A DNA stretch of 64,000 bases, from assembly GCA_003971905.1 (NCBI GenBank), contig RSEE01000005.1:744001-808000 (forward strand), written 5' to 3'. The DNA is from Moniliella sp. 'wahieum' (lineage: Eukaryota). A program made the position numbers and the translations under genes. Of the stretch, positions 1 through 13,291 are shown one piece after another; within the stretch, counting starts at the first letter, position 1; every line of letters starts with the position of its first letter. The notes under the pieces were generated by a model. The model did no database searches, was not told where the DNA came from, and saw only the letters and a program-made list of their open reading frames with translations.

Positions 1-400
1 AACGCCGCGTGACGCACTTGGTCTTGCATTGCACACTTGTGTTGCTCCGGCAGGCGGTGTTGGGCGCAGAATTGGAGCTTGCAGTGCGGGCATTCGCCCA
101 CCAGCCGCACCGCAGCATCCCGGCACTGGGCGTTGGCACCCTCCTGGGTCAGCTGGCCTGCATTGTGTTGGCAGCGCTTCTTGCCTCCGCCGCGGAGGCG
201 GAGAACGAGCGCAGGTCGTCGGACGGGAGCGACTCGGCATCGGCGACCCACGAGTGGGTTGCGGGAGAGAAGAGCCGCTGCTCGTCTACCGCAAAGCCAG
301 CTAGGCCGTGGAGGAGGGCCTTGGCCTGGGCGCCGGTGGCGCCAGCGGGGAGGGAGAGGGGCCAGGCGTGGCCGGACACGGAGCGGACAGTGAGCTGCAT
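1..400 (-). CDS. Ubiquitin-like domain + AN1-type zinc finger protein (Tmc1/ZFAND-like); 3' end runs off the window
   Basis: ATG at 400 gives MQLTVRSVSG...DEQRLF (UBL-like). Another frame near the window edge gives CRDAAVRLVGECPHCKLQFCAQHRLPEQHKC, matching the AN1 C-x2-C...C-x2-H-R-x-P-E-x-H-x-C pattern. The join needs an intron or frameshift. Confidence 0.7.
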
Positions 401-1379
401 GGCGGAGGGGGGGGGGTCAGGAGGGGAGGAGGCAGGACGGCAGGCAGACGAGGGAAGGCAGAGGGGCAGGGGGCGTACGAAAGCGAAGGGCGGGGGAGGA
501 GAGAGAGCGGAGGCGGGAGGCGGAGGTGGAGGTGGAGGAGGAGGAGGAGAAAAAGAGGGGGAGGTGTTATCGGGGCTGCTCAGCGGGGGCGGGGCGCTGG
601 TTCGAGGGGCCAGGCGACCTGCCGTCTGGGCCACAGCCGGCCGGCTGAGGAGAGCCTGCGACTGCGTTGGTGAGTGCCTGGCGGAGGCCGCGTCAGCGCG
701 CCAGCCTCAGCCCGACGCCACACATTAGGTCAGCACCCCCCTCACTCGTCACTTGTCCATGCCACTCGCCGGCTGTTCCTGAGCCCTGCAGCACGGCGCC
801 AGTGTGTCTCCCTGCATGTCCCACATGACATCATCGCCATGGCGATCTTCCGTCTTCGCCATCATTCGTCAGCGTCATGCATCATTCACGCACGCCTCGC
901 CTCAGCGCCTTGCGCTGGCCTCCATCACCGATCCGCCTCGTTCAGCCATTCGGCCCTTTCAGTCGGCGTACTCAGATCCTCAGAATGCACTCCATTCTGA
1001 ACTCGGTCTGAGTCTTGCATATTCCACCGTTTTTCTCCGCAGCTTCACCCGTCACGGCACTATACTGCCTTGGCCAGTTTCGGCCACTTTTTCGGCAGGC
1101 TTCGGCCGTTGCTTCGAGACCATTGAGGTGGTGCGCTCTCTTGCTTGATCTTGTGCGCCTTTTGCCAACTCATGTCCGACATCAACGTTCAACGTTCAAC
1201 CCATACACTGCCATGCTGCGCATGCTATGGGTCCTATCATAGTGGCAATAGCTACTCCGCATAGACCAATCGCATCTCAGATCTCTCACACCCATCCTCT
1301 AGGAGCCCCCCGGCGCGATATAGAAGCACTAAACATTTGGCAGTAGGCCATGGCTCGAATCAGTAGTTACTCGTTGCCA

Positions 1380-2841
1380 CTAGTCGTCGGCAACCCGAGG
1401 GTACACCCTACTCTGGGCCGCCTTGTACTGCTCCCGCACCACCGGCGACGCCACCGGCTGGAGAATGGTGTCTGTCGGCGTCACCCACTTGGGTGCGAGC
1501 CGAGCAGAACCCAAGCCGCCTGCACTGCACCTCCACGGGCCACATACTCCCCTGGGGTAGGCACCTGGATCGGGGCGTCAAACACGTGACGCGCCACCTG
1601 CTGCACGGCCTTGTTCGACGCCGCTCCACCAATCAGGACCATACGACGTGCCTCGACGCCTCTTTGATCAGCGCCGCCACGCCTGCAGCGAACAGAGTAG
1701 ACCCTCGACGTAGGCCCGGGCCAGGTTGGCGCGCGTACAGTTGGTTTGAGTCATCCCCATCAAAGAGGCGGTAGCGTCTGGCAAGTTCGGCGTCCGCTCT
1801 CCGACAAAATAAGGGATAAGTGTCAGTCCCGCCGCGCCCGGCGGCGCTTGCAAGGCGAGATGGGCCAGTTGCTCCACATCCACGCCCAGGAGCTCACACC
1901 CAGCTCGCAAGATCAAGGCGCCATTCAACGTGCAGACCAAGGGAAGCACTCGTCCATCTGCAGCACAGAACCCAGCAACGGTGCCGGTGGCATCAGACGG
2001 AACCTGATCGGTGGGCGCAAAGACTGCGCCGCTCGTCCCGATCGACACCACCACATCGCCCGGCTGCACGCCCAGACCCAATGCGCCGCCCGCATTGTCC
2101 CCCGCACCTGGACCAACCAGGATGCCATCCACTGTTTCTCCAGCCCGCTCATTCGGCGCCAAGACGCGCGGCAAGATAACATGATTGTTCTCTTGGGGGG
2201 AGCCGGCTTGCCTCGCTTTCCGGCCAAAGGCCAGCTCAAACAAGTCAAAATCGTACTGTCCTGTGTGGGAGGACCAGTATGCCGTCCCGCTCACGTCCGA
2301 CCGGTCTGTGACAAGCTTCTCGAGATCCGGTCCACGAGGCGCATCGGCACGGCCTTGGGGACCGTAGCCCATCAGCCGCCAGGTAAGCCAATCATGTGGC
2401 AGGGCAATCGCCGCAACACGACGCGCATTGTCTGGCTCTGCATCGCGCGCCAACGCACCTTGGACGCAGTGAAGCTTGCCACCGGCACTAACCCCGTTCG
2501 CGCCGCATACTTCTCCGCCCCCCCCACTTCGGCAATCAGCGTGCGCGCTGCACCGGCGGAGCGGGTATCGTTCCAAAGCAATGCTTTCCGCACTACCCTA
2601 CCGTCTTTATCAAGGGCCACCATGCCATGCTGCTGCCCGGCAATCGAGATGGCCTTGACGTCGGCAAGCCGCCTGCTTGCTTGATGGCCAGGTGAAGCGC
2701 CTCCCACCAGGCTTCGGGATCGACCTCCGTCCCGCCCGGATGAGATGCGCGACCTTCTCGAACAGGAGTTCCCGTATGGGCATCAAGGATTACTACCTTG
2801 CACCCCTGGGTTGAGGAATCGACTCCTGCGACGAGCGGCAT
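1380..2841 (-). CDS. xylB: Xylulokinase, FGGY family, bacterial (actinobacterial) XylB type; intronless, several apparent 1-nt frameshifts
   Basis: Joined ORFs 2593..3288, 2372..2707, 1668..2576 plus C-terminus read manually: [100 protein letters not shown]...RVADD* (stop 1380-1382). Confidence 0.9.
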
Positions 2842-4371
2842 GGTCGGGGGCGATGGCAAGACGAAGGGGCACCATGCATCCTGGCCAAATCGGGCCAGAG
2901 AAGAAGCGGCTGGCGGGCCGCTGCAAAGGCCTGGTGGCGTGGCAGAGCGTGGCACGTGCGGACCGGGGCAGGCTGGCCGCCGCATTAGGTAACCACCCGA
3001 GCAGATCCTGCAAGTTTCCGTGCCGAAAGTGGAGGCAAGAATATTTCTTTTGCGAGTTTTGCTTCTTAAGAAGCCAAGCCGGCCGCCTTCTCTGCCTTTT
3101 TCCCACCATCCCTCAACCCAGCCCAAGCACAGCGGATCGGGTACCAACGCAGCGACCCTATCCCCCAATGTCCTCTTGTGCTTCGTATCCGCCAGATCAA
3201 CTCCCTCCCGCCAGCATTGAGCGACAGCAACCCTTGCTAATTCAGGACTCCGCGCTATTCGGTGCGCGGATGGATCCGGGAAACGCAAGGAAGACCAACC
3301 GGCAGCCTATACGCATTATGCCGCCCCTGCCCTTTCCAGCGGGGTGGCATAAGAAAGGCGCGCCGACATCTCTTCCCCCCCTCTCATCTCCAATGCATAT
3401 CTTGGGTCAACTCACCTCGTCTGCTGGCAGTTTTTGTTTCGAACATCGTGTGGCCAGCTGTCCGTGTAGGATCCTCCATCCCGGCGAACGCCCTTGGCCC
3501 TTTTCCTTGCCTTGCGGTGTGATGCCCCGCCCCAGGCGGAGGATGGCAGAGCGAACGTTTTTGGGCCCGTATCTACCTGGTTCCGACGTTCCCGTCCGCG
3601 GGCGATTGTCAACTGGGTTCGTAAGGGGTCCTACATTCTTGGCCCAATGCATCGGTTTCTTTTATACTTGTGTGCGCATTTAGTGCCATGACCGACGTAT
3701 TACATGTGTAAGCCAGCATTATTACCGTAGTCACATCCTCGCCCTGCTGCGCCTGAATCGGAAGCAAGATGCAACACCAGCGTTAGGCAGATTCTCTGAT
3801 CCAGTCACTTTATCATATTCTCCTCCCACTGAAGATGTCGGCTTAGGTTATGATACACCAGAAAATGATGAGGAGGCGGTGGCTTGGAGGCCAGAGTTGG
3901 GCCTGGTGAGGTGAGCTGAGCTGGGGCGCATCTGTGTTGATCTAATAGTAGGAAACTGTTGGACTGGAGACAGGGGCAGAAGAGGTCCACAAGAGAAATG
4001 AAGGGAACAGGGGCAGCGTCACAGGCTGTGGACATGCTAGGACGATCTGCTGTGGGGAAACAAGTGGAGTCGAGATGAATCTGGTCTATTGACTGGGGTC
4101 CAGAGGAGTTCCCTTGTCCCTCTGAGTGGGCGGTTACGTGAAAAGGTGGAGAGGATCCATTGACATGGCGAAACGATACAGCCTCGCAGTAGGGTTGCTA
4201 CGGAAGTGCGTCATGTGCTCCCGCAGCAGGGCGGCACGTGGCGCGTATCTTGAGCGTGCGATATATACGTGGGTGGCGCTCCTCTCTCCTCCGCCATCCA
4301 CCCTCCCTTGCCGACGCCTCTGTGTGCTCCACTGCCTTCGTGTGCGCTGACTGCTGCGTCCTGCGCCGGCT

Positions 4372-6369
4372 ATGCCGCCGCCGCCCGCCGCCTCCGCCCA
4401 GCCTTCTGCCCTGTCCTCATGCTCCGCCAGCGCCACCGACAGCCTCCTCGCTCGCCCGAGCCCCCTCGGCGCCAGCGTCTCCATCGCCACCTCCATGTCC
4501 GCCTCCACCTCCACGTCCGCCTCTGCCTCCGCCCCCGCCTCCGCTTCCCCTTCTGTCTCTGCGCCTGCCTCCACCGCCCCCTCCACCGCAGCCTCCATTA
4601 GCCCCTCGTCCTCATCCCTCCAGCTCCCTCGCGGGTCCCACTCCTCTGACTCGGAGCCCTCCGATGCCCCCTCGCCCTGCCCACACCATCTGCCCAGCGC
4701 AGGGCTGGAGCTTGACACTGGCTTTGATCCGGACGAGCTGGATGCTGCATTTGGCTTCGCTATGCCCGCGTACCCGCCTTCCATTTCTCGTCCGCATATC
4801 TCAGCTTCGGCTGCATTCATGGTTCCCACAGCCTCGCTGGAAGACGAGCTGGAGGGGCTGGCGTTGCCCGACGCAACCCCCCTGGCCAATGGCATGGAGC
4901 AAGACTTGGAATGGGACCTGCCGGCCCCTCTCGAGGACCTCGGTGCAGTGATCGCCGTGTCTGGCCTAACGTATCCGATTCACCACCAACCAATAGCCCT
5001 CGATGTCCCTGGTCCAAGCTAAGCAGCGTGCCTGTATCTGACCATACCCGCGCCTCCTCAAGCAAGGAGCCCCTCCCTTCCCCGCCTCCCTCCCTCGCAC
5101 GACTCTTTCCTCCGTCTTTAGCCCTCGGAAGACCCAAATCTTCAAAGAGGGGAGGTAGCTTTCCTCCTACCGCGTTACTACTAATGAAGCTTCGCATCCT
5201 GTCACCTCGCACCAGGAGCTTGAACGTCGTCCGCTCAACGTCGCTGTTGCTACTCTGCGTGGGGCGCGCCTGCGCCAAAACACCCTCCCTGGACTGAGCA
5301 TCGTCACTGCCATGGGCTCTTTCTCCCCCCCAGGACCCACGGGGAGAGCACGGACGCCAATACCCTTTCTTTCCTCCTCACCTAAAGCCTCACCGAATGC
5401 ATCCCCCTGGCCACTCCCCAACTCGGGGGAGGGGGCACACTTACCCGCTCTGACTTCCAACGTGCGTCTCGATCACAAGGCTCGCCTGCCAGGTCGTCTG
5501 GGTCTCATGGCTTGATGGGATGGAGGAAACGACTGTCTCCCGTGCCACATGGCTTCCACGGGGCACACCCCAAGTCCCCATCGAGTACACCTGTGTCCAC
5601 CCCCAAGTTCACCACTGCCTCCACCTTGGGCACAGGGGCAAGTGTGCGTCCCTTGCTTTCCGAATCTGTCAGCTCTACCCCGGAACGCCGAAGCTTAACA
5701 GACGTGGTTCGTTCCCCGCGCCTTTCTGCGTTGGGCCTACGAAGCGAGACCCTACGCCCGCCTCGCCCAAGATCGGCAGGATCTGGCACTCTCGGAAGTC
5801 TCGGTCGCAGTGGGTGGTGGCCTCCTTTTCGGCGCCCTCTTACTCCGGAGGGCACATCGCCCTTGAACCCCGAACCGCAGGAGAAAAGGAGGAAGCGATT
5901 ACCTCTCCTCCTTCCCAAACGAGATCTGGGCGCCGCGATGATGGTGGACCAAATGCGGTTTGACCCGATCCGGCGCACTTGGTTGCGCATCGCACAAGAT
6001 GGGATCCAGGAAGAAGAAGACTTGCTCCGTCCCTTTGGCGAGATGGACGAGGACGAGGCTTGGCTGACAGGCAAAGTAGAGCGGGCCGAGACACCCACCC
6101 CTTCTTCCTTGGCCCCAGGGGAGACCAAGCCGTTAGAGTCGCAACCAGCATCACTGCGAGTGCGGATGCGCAACTCGGGCCCCCTTCTATCTGGGAAAAA
6201 GTCTTCGATCTGGGCCTTGGGCCATTCTCTTCGCCGTCCAACATCCGGCAGCTTCGACCCGGCTCTGGTCCCACTAGGTCTGACGCCGGAGCTGGAACAG
6301 AATTGTGAACAAGCCGAACAGGTCCACCGGGACCAATGCCGGCTGCTGGGGATTGATCGTGGGAGATGA
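4372..6369 (+). CDS. Low-complexity Ser/Pro-rich protein, possibly Byr4/Bfa1-like (SIN/MEN two-component GAP subunit); frameshifted
   Basis: ORFs 4372..5022 and 5512..6369. Motif MMVDQMRFDPIRRTWL followed by an acidic patch (EEEDLLRPF) and a C-terminal LTPELEQNCEQAEQVH resemble fungal Byr4 M-x-F-D-P-x4-W blocks (from memory). Confidence 0.4.
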
Positions 6370-7208
6370 CATGACGCTCTCTCCCCCCACCCCACTCCTT
6401 TTTCCGTCTCACCGCGTTTGGGCGTTGTTTGTCATTTTGGGCGCTGGACGGTGGGCTCCAGGCTTGTCTTTTGGATCGGTTGATCTGTGTGCAGGGCGAT
6501 CCAAGTCTCCCTGCTTTGTACTTTTGACGGCCCGATCGGTTTTTTTTCGCGCGCCAGATATATACCAACCAACACTTGTTCTTTTTCTTGGGCCTGCCTT
6601 TCGGGGCCGTATTTCTACCTTCTTTTCTTTGTTTGCCTTATCCCTCCTCGCCGCCTGCCCAGCCTATCCGCCCTGCCTCCCCTGCGCGGCGGCCATCGAT
6701 GATCTATGCTTCTTCCCTGTTGTACGCTTCGTATCCTACCCCACCCCGGCCATGCTTGACCATAAGCTCTTCGTCCCGTGTCACTCGGGTTCCCAGGCAT
6801 ATCCTCCTTCTTTTTTCACTTCTGACTGGGCAGCATAGACACCTCCACAGGAGCAGCGCATCATGCAGGCGAAGCGAGAGCAGGCGGGGCCGTCCGCCCA
6901 ACCCCCAAGCGTGAGAAGCCCAGGGGCCAAGGGGAGCCAGATGGGCGCTGAGCCTCAGCTGAGGGCGCTCGGCTAGCGACGCGCCCTTCCGCCTGGTTCC
7001 GCCTGCCCGGACAAGCCCGGAAGGCCACCAGCCAGGGGCTGCGGCTGCCTGTTTGGGCAGGCGGCGCGCCCGCACGGGGCCAGTGGCGACGTGGCAGCGC
7101 ACGGCAGCGCAGCTGGGCGCCCCCGGCGCGCCCACTCTAACACCGCACGCGCCGCTGCCCCACCACTGGGTGGTAGCACACGCGCCTCTTCCCTCGGCCG
7201 TTGGCGCC

Positions 7209-10200
7209 ATGCAGGCCGTCGACGACGCGTCCGCTGTGTCCGCCGTGTCCACCAGGACCGCCCCCGACGCCGCCCCCACCACGCTCCGCCAGCTGCGCCA
7301 GGGATACAGCCCCCACATGCCCCACCCGCTCCCCGCCGTGCTCCCCTCGCTCCCCGCCGCGCTCCACCGCGCCACCGCCAGCCAGAGCACCACCCTCAGC
7401 GCCTTCATCGCCAGCCCCACCCGCTCCAGCCCCGGCCTCCCGCCCCTCCCCGTCTCCCCCGCCTCGCCCCCGCCGCCCCGCTCCCGCCACACGCCGCCGC
7501 CGCCGCCCCCGACCACGACGCCCTGCACCGCCTCAGCTCCACTACCACGCCCTCTACCACTTCCTCCACGACCACCTCGACCGGCGTATGTCCCCCCCCT
7601 CCCCCTGCCCTCCCGCGCGCTGACCTCCCACCCGCCAGCCGAACGCGCCGGCCGCTCCAGTGCGCGCGACAAGCTCACACGTCTCAGTCGCCAGCAGTTT
7701 GCCGAGCTCTCCACCGACGTGTACGACGAGCACCAGCGCCGCATCCTGCCCTCGCCCCCCCTCGCGCTCCCGCCGCGCCACGACTTCCATCCCAAGCGCA
7801 ACCATGCTCGCCAAAAGCTAGCCAACCTGCCCATCTCTCGCTTTAGCGACCTGGCCGCAGACGTGTTTGCCGAGCTCGAGCGCCGCTTCCCCGACCTGCG
7901 TTCTCGGCCCGCCTTGTCCCACCTCAGCATCCCCCCCGCGCCCCCCGACCCGCCGCCGACCCGGCCCCTGTCCTCCACCAGTTCCGACGCAAGGAGCTTG
8001 GCCAGCCGCGCAGCCGCACCCACTCCCTTCGCTCCCCGCCCTCAGGCACGACTGCGCCCACCAGCGCAGAAGACGATTCACTCCCCGCTCCTTCCCGCGC
8101 ACCGCCGCCGCCGCCCACGGCTCCTGCTGTCTCTGCTGTCTGCTCCTCCGGCGCCCCAGCGGGCCCCACCACCACCGCCTCTCCTCCTCCACAGCCCCAC
8201 GCACGGAATGGGATCCTTATCTGCCACCGACCGCTCCTTCACCTCCACCCTCGACACTGACTCTCCCGATTCTCTTTCCCCCACTACCGGTGCCTCCGGT
8301 TGGCCGCAAAGTCGGTCCTCGGGCGCACTCGGATCGCCACCGATGGCGTCCCCGGCCGCTGCGCCGCCCTTGTCACCCGCGATTGCCGCACTGCAAGGCG
8401 AAAGCACGCCTCGGGCCGGCGAGTCGCCGCACTTTGACTGGCGCACGCCCTCGGTCTCTCTCCTACGGCGGAGGAGGAGGAAGAGGAAGAGGTCGCGTCG
8501 GATTCCGAAGCGGCGCATGAACGGGCCCGCGCCTCGTTCGCTTCCTCGGTAGGCGGCCTGTTTGGATTCGAGGCGCCCTCGCCGATGCAACCACCTGACC
8601 ATGGTGCGGTGGCCAAGTGGGCCGAGGAAGCGCGTACCCACTTCCCCGCCCCGACGTCCGAACGCGATTCGCTTTCGCCCCGCCTTCCCACCTGTTGGAC
8701 ACGCCTAGGTCCGAGCGCCAAGCGACGCAGATTCCAGCAGACGTGCGGGCCGAGCTCGAAGCCGAGCTGGCTGCGTCGCAGCAAGAGTTGCTCGAGGACC
8801 GTAAGGCGCACAAAGCAACTCGACCGTCTCCTTGCGCAGCACAACCAGGCGATCGAGGCGCTGCAGGTGGCGCATCAAACTGAGCTCGAAGGTATGCGCA
8901 CCGGTCACTTTCGCTTCCTGGACGATGTACGTGTTCAGCACACGGAGGAAATCGAGGCGGCGGTCCAACAGGCTTTGGAGGAGCAAGCCAGCGAACAGGC
9001 CGCGTTGCAGACTGCGTTGAATGAGGCTGTGGCACGGGCAGATGAGCATGAGAGTTTGGCAGCCCAAGCGTCCATCCTCATGGCTCAACTGGAGCAGGAG
9101 ACAGCCCGACCAAGGAGGCGGAGGAAACGTTGGCGGCACAACAGAACGAGTGGGAGGAAGAACGGAGTCTCCTTGTGCAACAACATGAGGCCCAGCTGCA
9201 GCGTCAGCAAGAAGAAGAAGACCAGCGGTTGCTCCTCCTTGAGCAGGAAACGCAGGAGAACCAAGAGCAACTCGGCCGCCTGACAAGGGAAAACGAAGAG
9301 CTCAAGCTCTTGCTGGAGCAGGAAAGGGACCAACACACAACGGCACTCTCTTCCCTCGAGGAGGAGCATCGCGTTGCGTTCGCCTCACTTGAGCAGGACC
9401 ACGCTGCGGCGCTGGCAGCACAAAAAGAAGCACGACGCAGCGCTTGGCTCGATGGAGGAGCAGCATGCCACTTCGCTCGCGGCGGCCCAGGAAGCGCATG
9501 CGCTCGTTAGCCGACAACTTGACGATCTCACACGTACCCACCAGGACCACGTACGTACCGCCGCCGCTCCTTGGATGAAGGGGGCGTGGCCCTCACGTCA
9601 TTACAAGAGCGGGTGACCCAACTGGAAGCCCAGGTGGCCGAGGAACAAGAGGGGAAACAGCGGGTAGAAGCATTGCTTGAGGCGGAACAAGCACGCTCGT
9701 TGGACCTGCAGCCCAGCTCGCGCTTGCTCAGCAGGACCAAGAGGAGCGCCAAGCGCTCGTACACCTCGAACAGCAACGACAAGAACTCGAACGTGCGCTG
9801 CACGACTTGGAGATCCAACGCAACGTGGCGAGCGAAGCGTTGGACCGGCTGCGAAGTCAAATGGCCTCTCTCCGTCGGCATGGACGTACCGTCAGTGGTC
9901 CCACGCATCCAGTCGAACGCGCCTCCTCTTCTGATGCCCCCACCGAGGCCGAAGACAGTTGGCGCGAGAGCGCCCGGTTGCCCCCGCTGTCGCACGTGAA
10001 TGACAAGGGGGAAATCCAATGGGACCATTGGATTTCGTTGCAACGCGCGCTGGACCAGTTGGTGGGCAGGGTGCACGAGCCCTGGACGAGCAAAGGGGCG
10101 GTGCAAGCCGTGGTGTTGGCGCACAGCCTGGTGATGCGCGATGCTCAGTCCTGTCCGGCGCCCGAGACGGAAACCTGCACGGGGCCTTGCAACGTGATGG

Positions 10201-11179
10201 CCATCAGCGATGCCGCCTCGACGCCCGACATGGTACCCAGCAGTCTACTCCTTGCTGCTGTGACCGAGGTGGTGGTAGTGCGGTGGCGGTGGCCAAACGG
10301 GTGGGCGTACGGTCGGGCGCGGACGCAGCCGAGTCCAAGGGACTCCGCCCGCTCCACATCCCCGCCTCGCAGCCCCGACGCCGCAACGTTTCCCTCACCT
10401 TGGCAATGGGGGAACCGCGACGACGAAGAGCAAGTTTGCCCTACAAGACCAAGATGGTGGACTTGCCACCGCCGCCAGTGCCCTCGCTTCCTTCCCACTC
10501 TACCCCGCAGTCGTCCCAGGCCGGTGGCGCCTCGTCTCCTGCCGCCGTGGGACCTGCCTTGGCCTCGCGCGCGGCCGACGAAGTTCCCGGCGCACGAGGC
10601 TCTGCCGTGCGCTTCCCTTCCCGCGAAGGCGGGCAGGAGGAACAACGGGTACCGGAAAGTGTGGTGAGCGAGTACGACACGCCTGCGCAACCCCCCTCGG
10701 TGGGTCCACGGGGTCGGTAACCGAATTTTTTGCCTCAGCCTCCGAGGGCATCTTGTCCTCCTTCTCCTTGGGCACCATCGCCACTTTGCCTTCGCACCCT
10801 TCGCTCGCGCACGATGCGTCCCCCCCACCCCGCCACCGACGCGTCCCATCCCCATTCCCATCCCTATCCCCATTCCCATCCCTATCCCCATTCCCATCCC
10901 CATCCCCATTCCCATCCCCATTCCGAGTCTGAGCCCGAACCCGAGGCGGAGCAAGATCCGGTGCGCAAACGACCCCTGCACCGGCCCGTGCCCCCGGCTG
11001 CGCTGGAACCTCCCGTGCCCGCACAAATACACCAGACCCACGCGCCTCCGTCCCCTGTTGCCGGGCGACGAAGCGGACCGGACCATGGTGCATTTGCCGG
11101 ACGACTGGGACTCAGAGAGCGACTACGGCGAGGACTAAACGCTTGCTACTGGCACGGGCAAGGTGGGAGCGTGACGTGA
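7209..11179 (+). CDS. SPA2: Spa2-like polarisome scaffold (two GIT/Spa2-homology repeats, long coiled coil); frameshifted, end approximate
   Basis: ARDKLTRLSRQQFAELSTDVYDEHQRR and HPKRNHARQKLANLPISRFSDLAADVFAELERRFP at ~7660-7895 are tandem SHD repeats. Gln/Glu-rich coiled-coil ORFs run from 8585 to 9900. Confidence 0.85.
10846..10924 (+). repeat. Hexamer-based microsatellite (CATCCC/CATTCC/TATCCC) encoding an (HP/HS/YP)n tract
   Basis: Directly visible: catcccattcccatccctatccccattcccatccctatcccc... Confidence 0.85.
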
Positions 11180-12304
11180 CCATGCCGTGTCCGAGAGGAG
11201 GGTACCGGGTACAGGGTACCGGGTACCAGTTCTGGAGAGAGGAAAGAGAAGGTGTATTTACTTTGGCTTGCTGGTGCGGTTGCAGGCAGTTTTTCGAGTG
11301 GGGGGGTACTATCGTTACGGTTTCCACGCTTTGTACGAACTACGTTGGCCATCACGATCGTTGTTATCTTTGGTTGGAATCAGCGGTGTGGAGCGGAGGG
11401 GGGAGAGCTAAGATCAATCAAAGGTAGGGGAAGGGAAGTGGAGGCGAGGCGAGATGAGGCGAGAGGTTAGAGGCCTGAGTGGGGAACGGAACGTATGCGC
11501 GGGTCTACAGAAGGGAGCAAAACACAAAGGGAATAGTAAATCCATGAACGTTGAACTGAACGTTGAGCAGGCACAGGTGATCATCAGCACAGTTGAAAAA
11601 GGGGGGAAAGAAACAAGTAGTAGGGCCGGGCCGTAGCAAAGGCAATAAAAACAGAACAGGAATTTGAGCTTCCCGAGGCGCAGGAAAAGTCACCTCCCTG
11701 AAATGGAAATGGAAATGGAAATCGAACAAGATCGAGAGGCGAGGCAAACAGCAAAGGCCAGGACAGAAGAGGGGAAGGTAGAGCAAGGCAGTAGAGCGCG
11801 GTAACCGGTAATCCAACGAGTCAAAACAGTCACAAGGAGAAAGGAGATGCAGAAGAAAGAACACAGATGCAAGGCGGAAGCGGAAGCGGAAGCGAAGGCA
11901 AGCCTGGAGGAAGAGAAGGGTGCAAGCCAGGAAAGAGCAAGTCACGGTCCGATGGGAAACTAGGAGGAAGGATGAAGGAAGACGCCGTCCACGAGGAAAG
12001 GAGTGTTGATGGGTCCGATGCGCCCCGAGAGGCGGGGGAAGTAGGGTAGTGGGGTAAGTCGGCCAAGGGGCAGGCAGCCGAGGTGAACGTGGAGCGATGG
12101 AAAAGAGCACGAAAATGTGTAGAAGATAGCACAAAAAGTAGGGCCCACAAAAAAAACACGGGGGTCTTGGAGACAAACAGGGTTGTTTTTTTTCAATTGT
12201 TGTTTTTTTGAAAAAAAACAGTGGGGCGTCAAGGCAAATGTACAAGGGCGAGCCAGGGTTGGACGTTAAAGCGGGCGAAACAGAACGAGGGGAGGATGTG
12301 GATG

Positions 12305-13291
12305 TTAGGCTAGCCGAGCTGGCCGAGCTAGCCGAGCTGGAGAGCAGGGTGGAAGGTCCTCTTCCTCTCCCGTCTCGGTGCGAGACAGTGGGTGGCGCAG
12401 CAAAGTCAAGACCCCTGTGAGCAGCGGTAATGGCCGCCCAAATCGGGGAGACTGTATGCCACTTGTTCCACTTCGTCCAGGAACAACTGCCATTCCTCAG
12501 GTTGGGGGAGGAGATCGTACTGCAGTACTTGGAGTGCAGTGCGCTCCAGCCGCGCCAGCTCCATCTTCATCCCCACTTCTTCCCACGTCTTGGTGTGGAA
12601 GGGATGGTCTTCCAGGACTTTGTTGGCTAATGCCAAGCCACCAGGAAGAGCCGGTAGGGAGTCATACCAGGCACAATGAACAGCGAGGCAAATTCGTCAT
12701 GGGCAGAAGGCGGGGCGGGGTCGGTGTCGTCGACAGAAGGGTGGGCGAGGTCGGTGTCGTCGGCAGAAGGGTGGGCGAGAGATGAAGGAGCTTTACGTCG
12801 TAGAAGAGGGCGAGGAAAAGGGTATTTGGGGTGATGGCAGGCTGGGCCAGCACCTTGGCGACAAACGAAGTGAAGTGTTGGTGGGCAGCTGCTTGGCCCT
12901 GGTTGTGAATGTGGCCGAGGCTACCGCAGGTGCAGGTGCCGAGGGGGGCGGACAAGGTGGGTCACGCGCAGTCCTGAGCGAGGGGAAGGGGCGGGGGCAC
13001 TTGGGCCACACGCCGACACAGGCGCGGACCGGCGCTCCATCTGCTGGCTGAGGTGGAGGAAGAGGGCACTGACAGGCCAGGCGAGGTGCTGTGTGGGCGA
13101 GGCGGGTGGGGGCGGGACAGGGCCCAGGCCAGGCCAAGCATAGGCCGGGACGCAGGGGTAGGCGTACCCGGGGACAGGGTATGCGTAGGCTGGGCAGTAT
13201 GGGTACGCGGATACCCGATGCCAGGGTAGGCGGGGTAGCCTTGGTAGCCCACGGGGCCTGGGTAGGAGGGGTAGTAGTAACCCACGCTCAT
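12305..13291 (-). CDS. Pho85-type cyclin-fold protein (Clg1/Pcl5-like); frameshifted, end approximate
   Basis: HFTSFVAKVLAQPAITPNTLFLALFY...LFLVALALANKVLEDHPFHTKTW...LARLERTALQVLQYDL matches the PCL cyclin box (LANK-x-L-[DE]-D...W...E...L). Tyr/Pro-rich N-terminus MSVGYYYPSY. Confidence 0.75.

Noticed and set aside
1380..2841. Bacterial contamination or a xylose operon
   Set aside because: No xylA, transporter or regulator is adjacent and the flanks are fungal, so it is treated as an HGT candidate pending read checks.
3800..4125. CpG-poor segment that looks like a repeat relic
   Set aside because: No terminal repeats or protein similarity visible.
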